DNA of 64,000 nt, taken from positions 237,028,001-237,092,000 of the forward strand of contig NC_086097.1 of assembly GCF_963921235.1 (NCBI RefSeq), in the 5' to 3' direction. Made by a program: the position numbers and the translations under genes. Each line of letters begins with the position of its first letter. Within the stretch, counting starts at the first letter, position 1. Shown here in pieces: positions 1 to 13,189 of this stretch. The notes below the pieces were generated by a model. That model saw only the letters and a list, made by a program, of their open reading frames with translations. It was not told the origin of the DNA and did no database searches. This DNA is from Mobula hypostoma (Eukaryota).

Positions 1-119
1 TAGCAGAGAGGAAAAAAATAATAAGAATAATAAACAAGTAAATCAATTACGTATATAGAACCGATTAAAAAAAAGTGCAAAAACAGAAATACTGTATATT
101 AAAAAAAAGTGAGGTAGTG

Positions 120-1045
120 TCCGAAGAATCAATGTCCATTTAGGAATCAGATGACAGAGAGGAAGAAACTGTTCTTGAATCACTGAGTGTGTGCTTTCAG
201 GCTTCTGTACCTCCTACCTGATGGTAACAGTGAGAAAAGGGCATGCCCTGGGTGCAGGAGGTCCTTAATAATGGACGCTGCCTTTCTGAGACACCACTCC
301 CTGAAGATGTCCTGGGTACTTTGTAAGCTAGTACCCAAGATGGAGCTGACTAGATTTACAACCTTCTGCAGGTTCTTTCGGTCCTGTGCAGTAGCCCCTC
401 CACACCAGTGATGCAGACTGTCAGAATGCTCTCCATGGTACAACTATAAAAGTTTTTGAGTGTATTTTTTGACATGCCAAATCTCTTTAAACTCCTCATA
501 AAGTATGGCCGCTGTCTTGCCTTCTTTATAACTACATCGATATGTTGGGACCAGGTTAGATCCTCAGAGATCTTGACACCCAGGAACTTGAAGCTGCTCA
601 CTCTCTCCACTTCTGATCCCTCTATGAGGATTGGTATGTGTTTCTTCATCTTACCCTTCCTGAAGTCCACAATCAGCTTTTTTGTCTTACTGACGTTGAG
701 TGCCAGGTTGTTGCTGTGACTCAACTCCACTAGTTGGCATATCTCAATCCTGGATGCCCTTTCGTCACCACCTGAGATTCTACCAACAATGGTTGTATTG
801 TCATCAAATTTATCGATGGTATTTGAGCTATGCCTAACCACACAGTCACGTGTATATAGAGAGTAGAGCAGTAGGCTAAGCACACACCCCTGAGGTACGC
901 CAGTGTTGATCGTCAGCAAGGAGGATATGTTATCACCAATCCGCACAGATTGTGGTCTTCCGGTTAGGAAGTCAAGGATCCAATTGCAGAGGAAGGTGCA
1001 GGGGCCCAGGTTCTGCAACTTCTCAATCAGGGTTGTGGGAATGAT
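120..1045 (-). mobile_element. Rex1/Babar-like LINE RT fragment
   Basis: [70 protein letters not shown]. Confidence 0.85.
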
Positions 1046-1049
1046 GGAA

Positions 1050-1264
1050 AACAACACACACAAAATGCTGGAGGGACTCAGCAGGTCAGGCAACATCTCT
1101 GGAGGGAAATGAACAGACAATATTTCAGTGTCCTGATGAAGGGTCTTGACCCAAAAAAATCACCTGCTTATTTCTTACGAAAGATATTGTCAGACCTGCT
1201 GAGATCCGCCAGCATATTGAGTGTGTTGCTCCAGATTTCCAGCATCTGCCAGAATCTCTTGTGT
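1050..1264. mobile_element. Older PLE-tail fold-back
   Basis: caacacacacaaaatgctgg...cagcaggtcagg / cagacctgctgag...gtgtgttgc; decayed ctgatgaagggtc in right arm. Confidence 0.7.
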
Positions 1265-3204
1265 CGAGGGACAATATAACCTAGCAGACACCTGGGATAT
1301 AAAATTAATTGATAATTACAATTTCAAACATTTTGACAAAGTCATCCCAAACTGGAAGAATGCAACGTCATCATCTTTATGTGCTGTGTTGTATGACGTG
1401 GCCGATCAGGATCTTGACCATGATTGTTCTTGGCAAATTTTTCTACAGAAGTGGTTTGCCATTGCCGCCTTCTGGGCAATGTCTTTACAAGACGGATGAC
1501 CATTATCAACACTCTTCAGAGATTGACTGCCTGGTGTCATGGTCGCATAACCACGACTTGTGATAAGCACCAGCTACTTATACGACCTGCTGCCATGGCT
1601 TCACATGACCCTGATTGGGGGGCTAAGCAGGTGTTACACATTGCCAAAGGGTGACCCGCAGGCTAGTGGAGGGAAGGAGTGCCTTACAGATCCTTTGGTA
1701 GAGGCATATCTCTAGAGAATATAACAGTTACTCTAAAAGGACATTACCATCCTTCAGGTCAATCTGTGAAGCAAGAGGAAGGGAAATGAAACATACTGAA
1801 AGCTATCAATCGATCAAAAACAACTTCATAAAAGCAAAGCACTAACTTTTCAGAGTTTGATCAATGCAATGCTTCTGTACAGAGTGCTCATCTAGTTCTG
1901 GTGTTTGCTCATAACTTCTGCAGAAAACACTAATCACTGGAGAAATAAGTTCATTGAGTTCAACATAATTCAGCAGTCAACTATATATAAGATTAAGAGG
2001 TCAAATGTTATCTCTGAAGGAAACCTGCAGGGTACATTACCGCCAATAACAAAATTTCAGACAAGCACATTTGTTGAGATAGGCACAAGGTGTAAGACAA
2101 ATTTATAATAAATAATGCCTCTCAGATATGTAATGAAAAGCAAACACGTTGAAACACTTTGACAATCAAAGGAGTGCTTAAGGTGGAAGAGAGAGGCTGG
2201 CAAAAGCTGTGGGGATAAAGAACCTCAATAATTATTCAATTTGAAAAGCACAAGGCTGCATGTGTGGGTACGTACAATAGAGCAGATCGTAGTTATTTTT
2301 AGCTAGCGACTCAGTGAAGAAACATCTGCCATTCCTTTATTAGCTGCTCTCTGAATTCTGTTTCTTTGCTTTGAAATGTGGATGTCAGAGATGATACACA
2401 AGTGCCTGACCTTCCCCTTCAGTGGTGAGGTCAGCATGGAACAGGGAAACACTGACAAACTGAGCATAGTCTCTGTCCTTCTTTGCTTTTAGTTGTATTC
2501 CTTATTTCTCAAATTCTTTATTTAAAAAGCTGTTAGGTACATTTCAGTAACTTTTAAATGTCTCCGAACATGAGGCACATTAAAAGAATTCTAAACCCAA
2601 CAGGGTCCCCTGAAGCCTGAGTGCAGGCAGCAGATTAGATCCAGGCCGGTCTCTTCTAATGTGTATTTAACATACCCCTCGATTAAGAGTGAAGGTTCAA
2701 TTCCTGCACCTTCCTCTGTTTCCAACATAAGGTGCAAAGTTCAAAGTAAACGATAGTACATTATATGCTACCATGTACTGCTTAAGATTCATTTTCTTGA
2801 AGGCGCTTTGAGGTAAAAGAGAAATACAATAGAATTTACAAAAAGCTATATTTAAACAAAGACTGACAAGCAGCCAATGTGTAAAAGAAGGCAAATTATG
2901 CAAATAAGAACGTAGTACTGAGACCCTGAGCTGTAAAAAATCCTTTTAAGTGAGTCTGTAGGTTGTAAAATCAATTCCGAAGAGTAGTGATTAAAGTTAT
3001 CCATGTCGGTTCAGGAGTTTTTGTTACACACAGAGAAATGGCAGATGAAATTTAACCCAGATAAATGTGAGGTGATGCATCTCAGCAGGGCAAATGCAAG
3101 GTGACAGTATACTTTTATGGGCAAGACCCTTAACACATGTTGCTGAGCAAAGAGATTTTGGGGTCCAAGTTCTTAGCTCCTTGAATGTGGCCACACAGGT
3201 CAAT

Positions 3205-3880
3205 CACAAACAAGAGAAAATCTACAGATGCTGAAAATCCAAGCAATGCACAAAACGCTGGAGGAACTCAGCAGGCTGGGCAGCATCGATGGATAAGTGT
3301 ACAGTCAACGTTTTGGGCCGACCAAAACCCTTCATCAGGACTGGAGAAAAAAAAGATGAGGAGTCAGAGTAGGAAGGTGTGGTTCGGGGAGGAAGGAACA
3401 CAAGGTGATAGGTGTAAACAGGAGGGCGGAGGGGTAAAGTAGCTGGCAAGTTGTTAGGAGAAAGCGATACAGGGCTGGAGAAGGGGGAATCTGATAGGAG
3501 AGGACTGAAGCCTGTGGAAGAGAGAAAAGGGGGAGGAGCACCAGTGGGAAGTGATGGGCAGGTAAGGAGATAAGGTGGGAAAGGAAAAATGGGAATGATG
3601 GATGGTGAAGGAGAGGGTGGGAGCATTCCCACCTATCAACCTCCAAGCTCTTTACTACACTCCTCTTGCTCTTCCAGTTTCACCTTTCAACTGGAACCTT
3701 GTACTTGTTCCTCTCCTTTCACCACTTTCTAGCTCTGACTTCTCATCATTTTTTTCCAGTTCCAATGAAGGATCTTGGCTCGAAATGTTGACTCTTTACT
3801 CTTTTTCCATAGATGCAGCCTGGCCTGCTGAGTTCTTCAGTATTCTGAGTGTGTTGCTTGGATTCCAGCATCTGCAGATA
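3205..3880. mobile_element. Two inverted PLE 3' fragments
   Basis: Minus copy about 3205-3615 and plus copy about 3625-3880, each with pyrimidine-rich 3' region and decayed hammerhead motif. Confidence 0.65.
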
Positions 3881-4874
3881 TTGGAATTAAAATGTTTGGC
3901 CTCCAGGAATTTCTGCTTTAGGCAGATTCAGCAGAGGTGCTCCATTCACCTGTTGTCTTAGACTACACCTCTTGAATAGTTAGCACAGGTGTTGATGGGC
4001 CATCAGATCTGTGGCTCTATGGATAGTGCTTGTTTGCAAAGCTGTATTTTTTAACTTCAATCTGATTATTGCTTGCCACATAGATTAAGAGCCAAAGACT
4101 GGCTCCTGTTCACGACAAGCAGCTGAACAAGGAATACTTGGTGTAAGTTTAACTTACGTGGAAAACAGCATTTTGATCTTTAGAAGCTCACAGCTGCTGT
4201 GCTCAGAAAGCTGAGCCTGTAAAAAAGAAAAAGGCCTATAGCCCAGGACAGTAAATATACCTCACATTCTCAGAGCAGATTTTTAGGAGCAACCGCTTTC
4301 TAATGCTTCATCAATAACCTTTGATGCATTATGAGGTCAGAAGTAGGATTACTGATGAATGTACAGCATTCAATTCAGTCAAAAGTCCTCAACAAACGAA
4401 CCCCTCATGTATGGATGGAGTACTGTCTCGGACACATGAAGTCATGGGTTGAGAAACAGAAAGCAAAATGTGCACTGCAACCAATGCAAAATGCTGGAGA
4501 AACTGAGCAGATTTGACAGTATCTTTGGAGAGGAGTGAACAGTTGATGTATCAGGTCGAGAGCCATTATCAGCTTTGATTCCTGCGCATAGGTGTAGCCT
4601 GACCTGCTAAGATCCTCCAGCATTTTGTATGTGTTGTCCTGGAGAAGGGTGTCGGCCTGAAACATTGACTGTTTATTCCTCTTCATTGGTACTACCTGAC
4701 TAGGTGAGCTCCTCCAGCATTTTGTGCTGTGTTTGCACTGCAAGTATGCCAGACAATGCTTTTGACATTCTGTGGCATTACCTTTGCTGAATTTTTGGAG
4801 GAACTATTAAATTGAAACTCATCCAGAGGCTACATGAGCAAGTCAGTGATGAAATTCTACTTCAAAATTTATAG

Positions 4875-6775
4875 TCAGAGATGCATAGAAAAGCACAGCA
4901 CAGAAACAGGCCCTTTTGTGCATCTAATGCCTGCCAAACCATTTAAACTGACTACTCCCATCGACCTGCACCGGAACCACAGTTCTCCATACCCCTCCCA
5001 TCCATGTATCTATCCAAACTTCTCTTAAACATTGAAATCAAGCTCTTATGTGCCACTTGTCCTGGCTGTTCATTCCACACTCTCACAAATTCTGAGTGAA
5101 GAAATTTCCCCTCATGTTCCCCTTCAACTTTTCCCCTTTCAACTTTAACCTCTGATCTCTAGTTGTAGTCCTACCCAACTTCAGTGGGAAAAAAAAGCCT
5201 TCTTAAACTTATTCTATCTATACCCCTCATAATTTTATATACCTCTATCAAATCTCCCCTCAACCTTCTACGTTTCAAGGAATAAAGTAATGACCTACTC
5301 AGTCTTTCCTTTTAACTCAAGTCCTTCAGTCCTGGCAACATCCTTGTAAATGTTCTTTGTACTCTTTCAACATTATTTACATCTTTCCTGTAGTTAGGTG
5401 ACCAAAAGTGCACAAATACTCCAAGTTAGGCCTCAGCAACATCCTATACAACTTCAACATAACATTTCATCTCTTGCAGGTCTTGGCCAGAAACGTCGAC
5501 TGTACTCTTTTGCTGCCTGGCCTGCTGAGTTCCTCCAGCATTTTGTGTGTGTCCCTTACTCAATACGTTGATTTATGAAGGCTCATGGGTTAAAAGCTTT
5601 CTTTACAACCCTATCTACCTGTGACACCACTTTCAAAGAATTATGGACCTGTAATCCAAGATCCCTTTGTTCTACCACACTCCTCAGTGCCCTACTGTTC
5701 ATTGCGTAAGATGTACTCTGGTTGGTTCTACTGAAGTGCAACACCCTACACTTGTCTACATTAAATTCTATCTGCCATTTTCCAGCCCATTTTTCTTGCT
5801 GGTCCAGATCCTGCTGTAAGGTTTGATAGTCTTCCTCGCTGTACACTACACCCCCCAATCATGATCAGCAAATCTAAATTTGCTGATCCAGTTAACCACA
5901 TTGTCATCCAGATCATTGATATAGATGACAAGCAACAACGGACCCAGCAACAATCCCTGTGGCACTCCACTAGTAACAGGTCTCCAGTCAGAGAGGCAAC
6001 CATCTACTGGCACTTTCTGGTTTCTCCCACAAAGCCGATGTCTAATCCAATTTACTACCTCGTCTTGAATACTATGCAACTGAACCAGCCTCCTATGTGG
6101 GACTTTGTCAAATGCCTTACTAAAGTCCATGCAGACAACACCCACTGCCTTACCTTCACCCACTTTCCTGGTAACTTCTTCAAAAAATTCTATAAGATTG
6201 GTTAGCCATGACTTACCATACATAAAGCCATGCTGACTATCCTCAATCAGTCCATGTCTCTTCAAATACTTTTGTATCCGGTCCCATAGAATACCTTCCA
6301 ATAACTTTCCCACAACTGATATCAGGCTGACCGGCCTATAATATCCTGGTTTATGTTTAGCCCTTTCTTAAACAGCAGAACAACATCAACTATCCTCCAA
6401 TCCCCTGGTAAGTCTCCTATCACTAAGGATGATTTAAATCTCTCTGCTAGGGCTCTGCCAATTTCTGCACTTGCCTCCCATAGGGTCCGAGGGATTGAAC
6501 CTTCTTGACCAACCTCCCATGCAGGACCTTGTCAAATGTCTTACTAAAGTCCATGTAGACAACATCCACCGCCTTGCTTTCATCCATTTTCCTGGTAACT
6601 TCCTTGAAAAACTCTATACGATTGGTTAGATGCGACCTATCATGCACAAAGCCATGCTGATTATCCCAAATTAGTCCCTGTCTACCCAAATATTCATACG
6701 TATATCAAGTCCTTTAGAATACATGCCAATAACTTTCCCACTCCCGATGTCAGGCTCACTGGCCTATAATTTACT
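4875..6775 (-). mobile_element. Decayed CR1 LINE fragments
   Basis: QHGF, DFSKAFDKVPH, GVPQG, KWQIEFNVDKC; second overlapping RT piece at about 6490-6775. Confidence 0.85.
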
Positions 6776-7601
6776 TCCAATGACTCATTAAGAGTAAGTT
6801 TCAACGAGACAGGAAGTAAAGAACCTTCTGCTCAATCTATATCCTGTATGATTTTTAATTTTCACTGCCGCTTCATAATAAAAGTAGCTGGCAAAATAAT
6901 TTCCTCTAGTTTTGTCAGTAGATCAGATTTAAGACCACAGCTCACTACTTGACAAAGCATCATCTCCGTTAATTCAAAATCAGTGAAAATGTTGCCAATT
7001 TTAAAATGAATATAACCCAAGGATATAATAAAGCAAATACTGATGGCACCTTTCAGGATGTAATTGGTAACGAATTGCCTTGTGGGTTGCTGAAGTAATT
7101 CAGACAGCTAAGTTACTGGATGCTTTAAGGTTGCTATGGGAGCAATGGCTTACTGCACTGCTTGAAGCTCCACACAGTTTCTGCCTCATGTTCCATGAGA
7201 CAAAGCATCCTGTCAATTCTGTTTTGTCCAAACTACGCAAAGTGGAATGGCTAAGTACATTGGACTGACTGAAATGAAAGTGCTTGCAATAAAACCTTTG
7301 GCATGGTTCAACTGGGAAAGCATTTAAAGCACAGTCAATGCTGTGCTTATCCACAGTTCAAATCTTAATTAAAGCTTTAAAACTTCAGTAGCTTTGTAAT
7401 TTGGTGTTGTAATTATGTAGGTATTAGCTGGAGATCAGGTTAGGATTCTTGCCTATAAACTTGAATTTTTAAGCATCATAGGCCACAGCAAAAATTTTTT
7501 TAAAACCCACATGGCTATGACACTAAGAGAATACAGTACTATGAGAAATGTCATTATAAACCAAGGTCCAATCATCTCTTTCCGAAGTGTTGAATAATAT
7601 T

Positions 7602-7823
7602 GGGGCAGTACAGTAGCATAGCAGTTGGCACAACACTAATACAGCACCAGCGACCCAGGTTCAACTCCCATAAGGAGTTTGGATGTTCTCCCCACTACTG
7701 TTTGGGTTTCGTCCCACATTCCAAAGATTATGGGTTAGTAGGTTAATTGGTCACATGTGCATAATTGGGCGGCGCGAGCTTGTTAGGCTGGAAGGACCTG
7801 TTACGGTGCTGTATCTCTAAATA
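7602..7823 (+). mobile_element. V-SINE (HE1-like)
   Basis: tRNA-like head (gacccaggttcaactcc), V-domain tcccacattccaaaga..ggttaattggtca, CR1-like tail. Confidence 0.65.
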
Positions 7824-8269
7824 TTGATCTCCCAGCCAGCATTAAAGGATCAGATTGTCTGATCATTATCATGTTAGTCTGCGGAATCTTGCAGTGTACA
7901 AAAGAGACACCGAGCCTCTTACACTACAAGTCACTCCATGTCAAAAGTAAAGTATTTGGTAATGGCATGAAGTGTTTAAGATGTTCCAAACATTCTTTGA
8001 TATATTATTGGAGACTTTCTTGTACTATTGTTAGGGCTCAATGGATTCCTCTTCGTAAAGGTGCTTTGAAATGCTCTAAAAGCACTTGACACCTTTTGAT
8101 GTCACCTGCAAATGGCAAACCATTTCCACGATAAATAATTTCTCAGTAAGCCATTATTGAGCAGCAGAATCTGCCTTGTCCATTTCTTTCATATCCAAAA
8201 CAGATTGTTTAAACGGGTGTACTTCAAGATGCTGGCTAGGATTTCAAAATGAATCTCAGGGCTGCATGT

Positions 8270-8665
8270 ACAACACACACAAAATGCTGGAGGAACTCAG
8301 CAGGCAAGACAGCAAACACGAGGAAGTCTGCAGAAATCTGAGAAATCTGGAATTTCAAGCAACACACATAAAAGTTGCTGGTGAATGCAGCAGGCCAGGC
8401 AGCATCTCTAGGAAGAGGTTCGGTCGAATTTTCGAAGGGTCTCGGCCCGAAACGTCGACTGTACCTCTTCCTAGAGATGCTGCCTGGCCTGCTGCGTTCA
8501 CCAGCAACTTTTACGTGTGTTTCTATGGAAAAAAGTACAGTTGATGTTTCGGGTCTCAGCCCAAAACATCGACTGTAATTCTTTTCCATTGATACTGTCT
8601 GGCCTGCGCTCTTCTAGCATTTTCTGTGTGTTGTTTGGATTTCCAGCATTTGCAGGTTTTCTCTT
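8270..8665. mobile_element. Young PLE fold-back (about 8314-8521) nested in an older PLE fold-back
   Basis: Inner inverted arms ACACACATAAAAGTTGCTGGTG...CACCAGCAACTTTTACGTGTGT; outer arms belong to the older tail subfamily. Confidence 0.75.
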
Positions 8666-8734
8666 TTTTGTGCCAGGGTTGTATATGGTGACATATGGTA
8701 TATGTACCTTGACAATAAATTTACTTTGGACTTT

Positions 8735-9500
8735 GAAGAAGGTGGGAGGATGGGAAGGAATACAACTGGCAAGGGATAGGTGAGAGCAGGTGAGAGGGAA
8801 GGGTGGTAACTGGGGGCAGGGGAATGAAGTGAGAAGCTGGGAGGTGAGAGGTGTTTGAAGTAAAGGGCTGAAGAAGGAACCTGATAGGATAGGAGAGTGG
8901 ATCATGGGAGAAAGGGAATAAGCAGGGGGCACCAGTGGGAGGTGTTAGTGGCAGATGAGGGGAAGAGAAGGGGTAAGAGGTGAGCTAGAATGGGGAACTG
9001 AAAAAGAGAACAGGGAGAGGGGGGAGATATTACCATAAGTTAGAGAAATTGATGCTGATACCAATGGCAAACACGAGGAAATCTGCAGATGCTGGAATTT
9101 CAAGCAACACACATAAAAATTGCTGGTGAACGCAGCAGGCCAGGCAGCATCTCTAGGACGGGGTACAGTCGACGTTTCGGGCTGACACCCTTCGTCATGA
9201 CTAACTGAAAGAAGAGATAGTAAGAGATTTGATAGTGGGAGGGGGAGGGGGAGATCCGAAATGATAGGAGAAGACAGGAGGGGGAGGGATGAAGCCAAGA
9301 GCTGGACAGGTGATTGGCAAAAGGGATATGAGAGGATCATGCGACGGGAGGCCTAGGAAGAAAGACAAGGGGGAAGGGGGAAGCCCAGAGGATGGGCAAG
9401 GAGTATAGTGAGAGGGACAGAGGGAGAAAAAGGGGAGAGAAGGCCACCCAGGTGGGATGTGAGGTGTTACTCCTCCAACCTGAGGGCGGCCTCATCGTGA
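8735..9500 (-). mobile_element. Old PLE 3' fragment with young PLE 3' fragment (about 9068-9440) inserted
   Basis: 9068-9440 is the reverse complement of 16085-16427-like sequence; hammerhead at 9167-9202 has CUGA mutated to AUGA. Confidence 0.72.
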
Positions 9501-9744
9501 GATACTGAGAAATTGTAATCCTTGCAGCTTTCCCATGTTCTTTTCAAAGAGATTGGCTTAGTTAACCGATGAAAGTCTCTGCATTTGAAATACAAATGAC
9601 TTGTAATTTCTTATCATTCTGACGGGACAAACAGAATTTTATTCACTATCCATACCTCACGTCAACTGAATTCATAAAACATGATATAAAGTAGCGAAGT
9701 TTAAATAACCAAATTGCTAGCTCACATAACCAAAACTAAAAGTG

Positions 9745-11940
9745 ACTCATCCACTTTACCTCCAAATTTCACCCTGCCCTCAAAATTACATGGTCCATTT
9801 CCGACACATTCCTCCCCTTTCTCGATCTCACTGTCTCTGTCTTATTCATTCACCTATGTCTATTATAGACCAATGGACTCTCACAGCCGACTGCACGATA
9901 CCACTTCCCACCCTGTTGTAAAAACACCATCCCCTTCTCTCAATTCCTCCGTCTCCACCACATCTGCTCTCAGGATAAATCTCTTCATTTTAGAATGAAG
10001 GAGGTGTCCTCCTTTTTCAAAGAAAGGGGCTTCCCCTCCTCCACTATCAATGCTGTCCTCAAATGCATCTCTTCCATTTCATGCACCTGCTCTTACCCCA
10101 TCCTCCCGCCATCCTACCAGCGATAGGGTTCCTCTTGTCCTCACCTACCACCCCACCAGCGTCCACGTCCAGCACGTAATTCTCTGAAACTTCTGTCACC
10201 TCCAATGGGATCCCACCACCAAGCACATCTTCCACCCTGCCCCCCCAACACTTTCTGCTTTCCGCAGAGTTTGCTCCCTATTCGACTCCCTTGTCTATTT
10301 GTCCCTCCCCACTGATATCCCACAGCACTTATCCTTGCAAGCGGAACAAGTGCTACACCTGCCCCTACACCTCCTCTCTCACTAGCATTCAGGGCCCTAA
10401 GCAGTCCTTCCAGGTGAGGCAACACTTCACCTGTGTCCGCTGGGGTCATCTACTGTGTTCAGTGCTCCCGGTGTGGCCTCCTGTATATCGATATGACCTG
10501 ACGTAGATTAGGAGACCACTTCGCCAAGCACCAACATTCCATCTGCCAGAAATGAGCTCCCAGTGGCCACCCATTTTAATTCCACTTCCCATTCCCATTC
10601 TGATATGTCTACCTATGGCCTCCTCCACTGTCATGATGAAGCTACACTGGGTTGGAGGAACAACACCCTGTATTTCGTTTGGGTAGCCTCCAGCCTGATG
10701 GCATTGTTACATGCTCAAGGATATCTGTGTGTTTTTTTTTTGTGAGAATGATATAATGGTCTGTTGGGGGTTACCTGATGTAATTTTCCCGCTGTTGTGA
10801 GGTCACATGATATCATGTGCACCATGGCTATTTAAGGGTCGACCCAGGTGACGTAGTTAGGCTTTTAGTTTGTAGATTTCCAGGTAACGTGCTGTGTCTC
10901 CGTTTCTGTTGCGTGTTTGTTTTTGTGACGCAGTTTCATTTTTAAAACAGAGTAGTGCATTCTATTGCAAGATACCATATTATTGGAATGGAAATTTTTG
11001 CTAGATGTGTTGACTTACTCAATTCCAACAGTAGAAGGGGGAGTGAAGAATTTATCGAAGTACAGGACCAAAGGATCGAGGAGAGTCGACATTGTTCGGC
11101 AGTTTAACAAAGGATCGACCTTATTGAGTCTTCGTTGGTGGAGTAGCGACCTGCATTGAGGATATCTCTTGCCAAAAAGAGAAAGGAGTTCATGCAAAGA
11201 TTTGCTCTCTCTCTGAAAGAATTTAAGGTCAGTTGTTTTAAACTGTTTATTTTCGGCATCGTGAATCCTGTGGACAGAACCAGCAGGAAAGTCACGTCTG
11301 TGAAGAAATCCTTCTCCAGAGAAGTCTCTCCCAATTGGACGTATAAATCTGTTGGACTTTCGAATTTATCACTTTAAGAACTATATCTGACTGTATCGCT
11401 TTAAGAACTGTTTTCGCATTTAACGCTTTAAGAACCAGAGCCGAGTGACGAATTGGTGAATGGCTGCATATCTGTTAACTTCCGGTTAAAGTTTTCATTT
11501 GTTTTTTTCCTTATCGTTTATCCGTGTTTAATAAATGTCTGGTTGTTTTTATATAACCTGTCTTGGTTGATATTTATTGTTGCCGATTACGTAACAGCAT
11601 GAACATCGATTTCTCGAGCATCCGGTAATGGCCTCATCCCTTTTTCTCCTCGCCTGTCCATCGGCACCCTCTGGTGCTCCTCCTCGCTTTTCTCTCTTCC
11701 ACGGCCTTCTGCCTCTTTCACCAATTTACTTCCCAGCTCTTTACTTCATTCTTCCCCCTTCAGGTTTCACCTATCACCTTGTGTTTCTCTCTCCCCTGCC
11801 CCACCTTTTAAATCTACCCCTCAGTTCTTTGTTTCTCCACTCCTTCTGAAGGGTTTCGGCCCGAGACATCGACAGGACTCTTTTCCATAGATGCTGCCTG
11901 ACCTGCTGAGTTCCTTCAGCATTTTGTGTGTGTTGCTCAG
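9745..11940 (+). mobile_element. Older PLE copy (RT C-terminus + GIY-YIG + tail) split by a solo LTR
   Basis: Homologous to 15030-16430 (CKRNKCYTCPYTSS, ATHFNSTSHSHSDMS); interrupted at 10705-11596. Confidence 0.85.
10705..11596 (+). mobile_element. Solo LTR, Gypsy-like, 892 bp
   Basis: TGTTAC...GTAACA inverted termini, 4-bp TSD GCAT at 10701-10704 and 11597-11600; host PLE resumes exactly; TATA-like near 10829 and AATAAA near 11530. Confidence 0.85.
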
Positions 11941-13157
11941 GAAAGTGACTCTTCTGTCTTTATTCAAATCTCTAGCATTACTTCTTAAAAGTATAATTCA
12001 ATCCCAGTCCAACGCAAAGTTGCAATTTTCTGCCACCCAAACACTTTCCCAAATAGATAAAACTGTAAAATAACTTCTGTTGAAACAGATCAGGATTTTA
12101 GAACTCCACATTAGTGTTATACTTGGAGACAGTGGTTCAATTGAATGATGTTGGTTTGTAGGATATAACCAACAAGGCAGACACTCGTGTTTAAAAGAGT
12201 AGGAAATAATTGTGTCATATGGTTTTCAGCCAAAGTATTTCAATGTAGAAGTGCTAATGAGCCAAATAGAATTGGATTTAGGCCAAGTTAGGACTTCAGC
12301 ACTGAGAGCCCAATACCCCTCCCCACCACCGAGGCCCCTCCCCCAGTTCGTATTTGACAGGATCAAAATCAGGAGTTCACGCTTTCATTCTGGGGGAGCT
12401 TGTAACAAGCTCTTAAAATGTCACAGATTTTAAGAGACATTTCAATACTGGAAATCAAGAGCAACAAAACTATTATCTCTTAAAACTTTGCTGTATATAA
12501 CTAAACAGGCATATTTTTTCTTTAAATGAAAACAATATGAATTTAAAAATGCAAAAGTTTAAGAAAAGCAAATTTCCTCTCTCCTTCTTCCCTAATCCCC
12601 AGATCAGAGGCACCATTTTGAGTGATCTGGCTAGTGTGGATCAGAGAAGGCTAATCTCCTATTGTACTGTAATGTTAGGAATCCTGACAATGGCCAGGCT
12701 CGACAGATTCCAGCAACAGAGTGCAGTGACAGATGCCCTAGCACCTGTCATCCAACATGCTGCAGTCTTAAGGCAGGTCTTAAGGAGGAATACCAAAGCT
12801 TCACTTCAGATCTCCTGGTCACAGCCAGCACAATTTGACCCAGATATCTTCTTCACATAAAATAATATCAAAGAGTAACCAAACAGCTCCTTCTTCTTTA
12901 CAAACATTTTTCTTACATTTTCATTAATTTTCTTGCAATTCTCTGTGAAGCAAGTTAAGAACTGAACAACAGTATTTATAGATTGTTCTAACCAATAACT
13001 AGAAACTGTTTGTCCTGGTTTCATTAACTCTATTGTATTTTTTTACTTTCCTGTTGTGAAGCAGAGCACTCAGTAAGCAAATTAAAGACCATAAGATATA
13101 GGAGCAATAGGAGTAGGAGCCGAAGTAGGATATTTGGCCCATTGAATTAGGCCATTT

Positions 13158-13161
<4 letters not shown>

Positions 13162-13189
<28 letters not shown>
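13162..13189. repeat. (AC)n microsatellite
   Basis: About 14 perfect AC units. Confidence 0.95.

Noticed and set aside
5846..6775. Assembly duplication of CR1 RT segment
   Set aside because: The two overlapping RT pieces differ at many positions, consistent with separate or old CR1 copies
8176..8589. Recurrent short ORFs (RDAAWPAAF, MLPDLLSS) as a peptide family
   Set aside because: They are translations of the non-coding PLE tail on either strand
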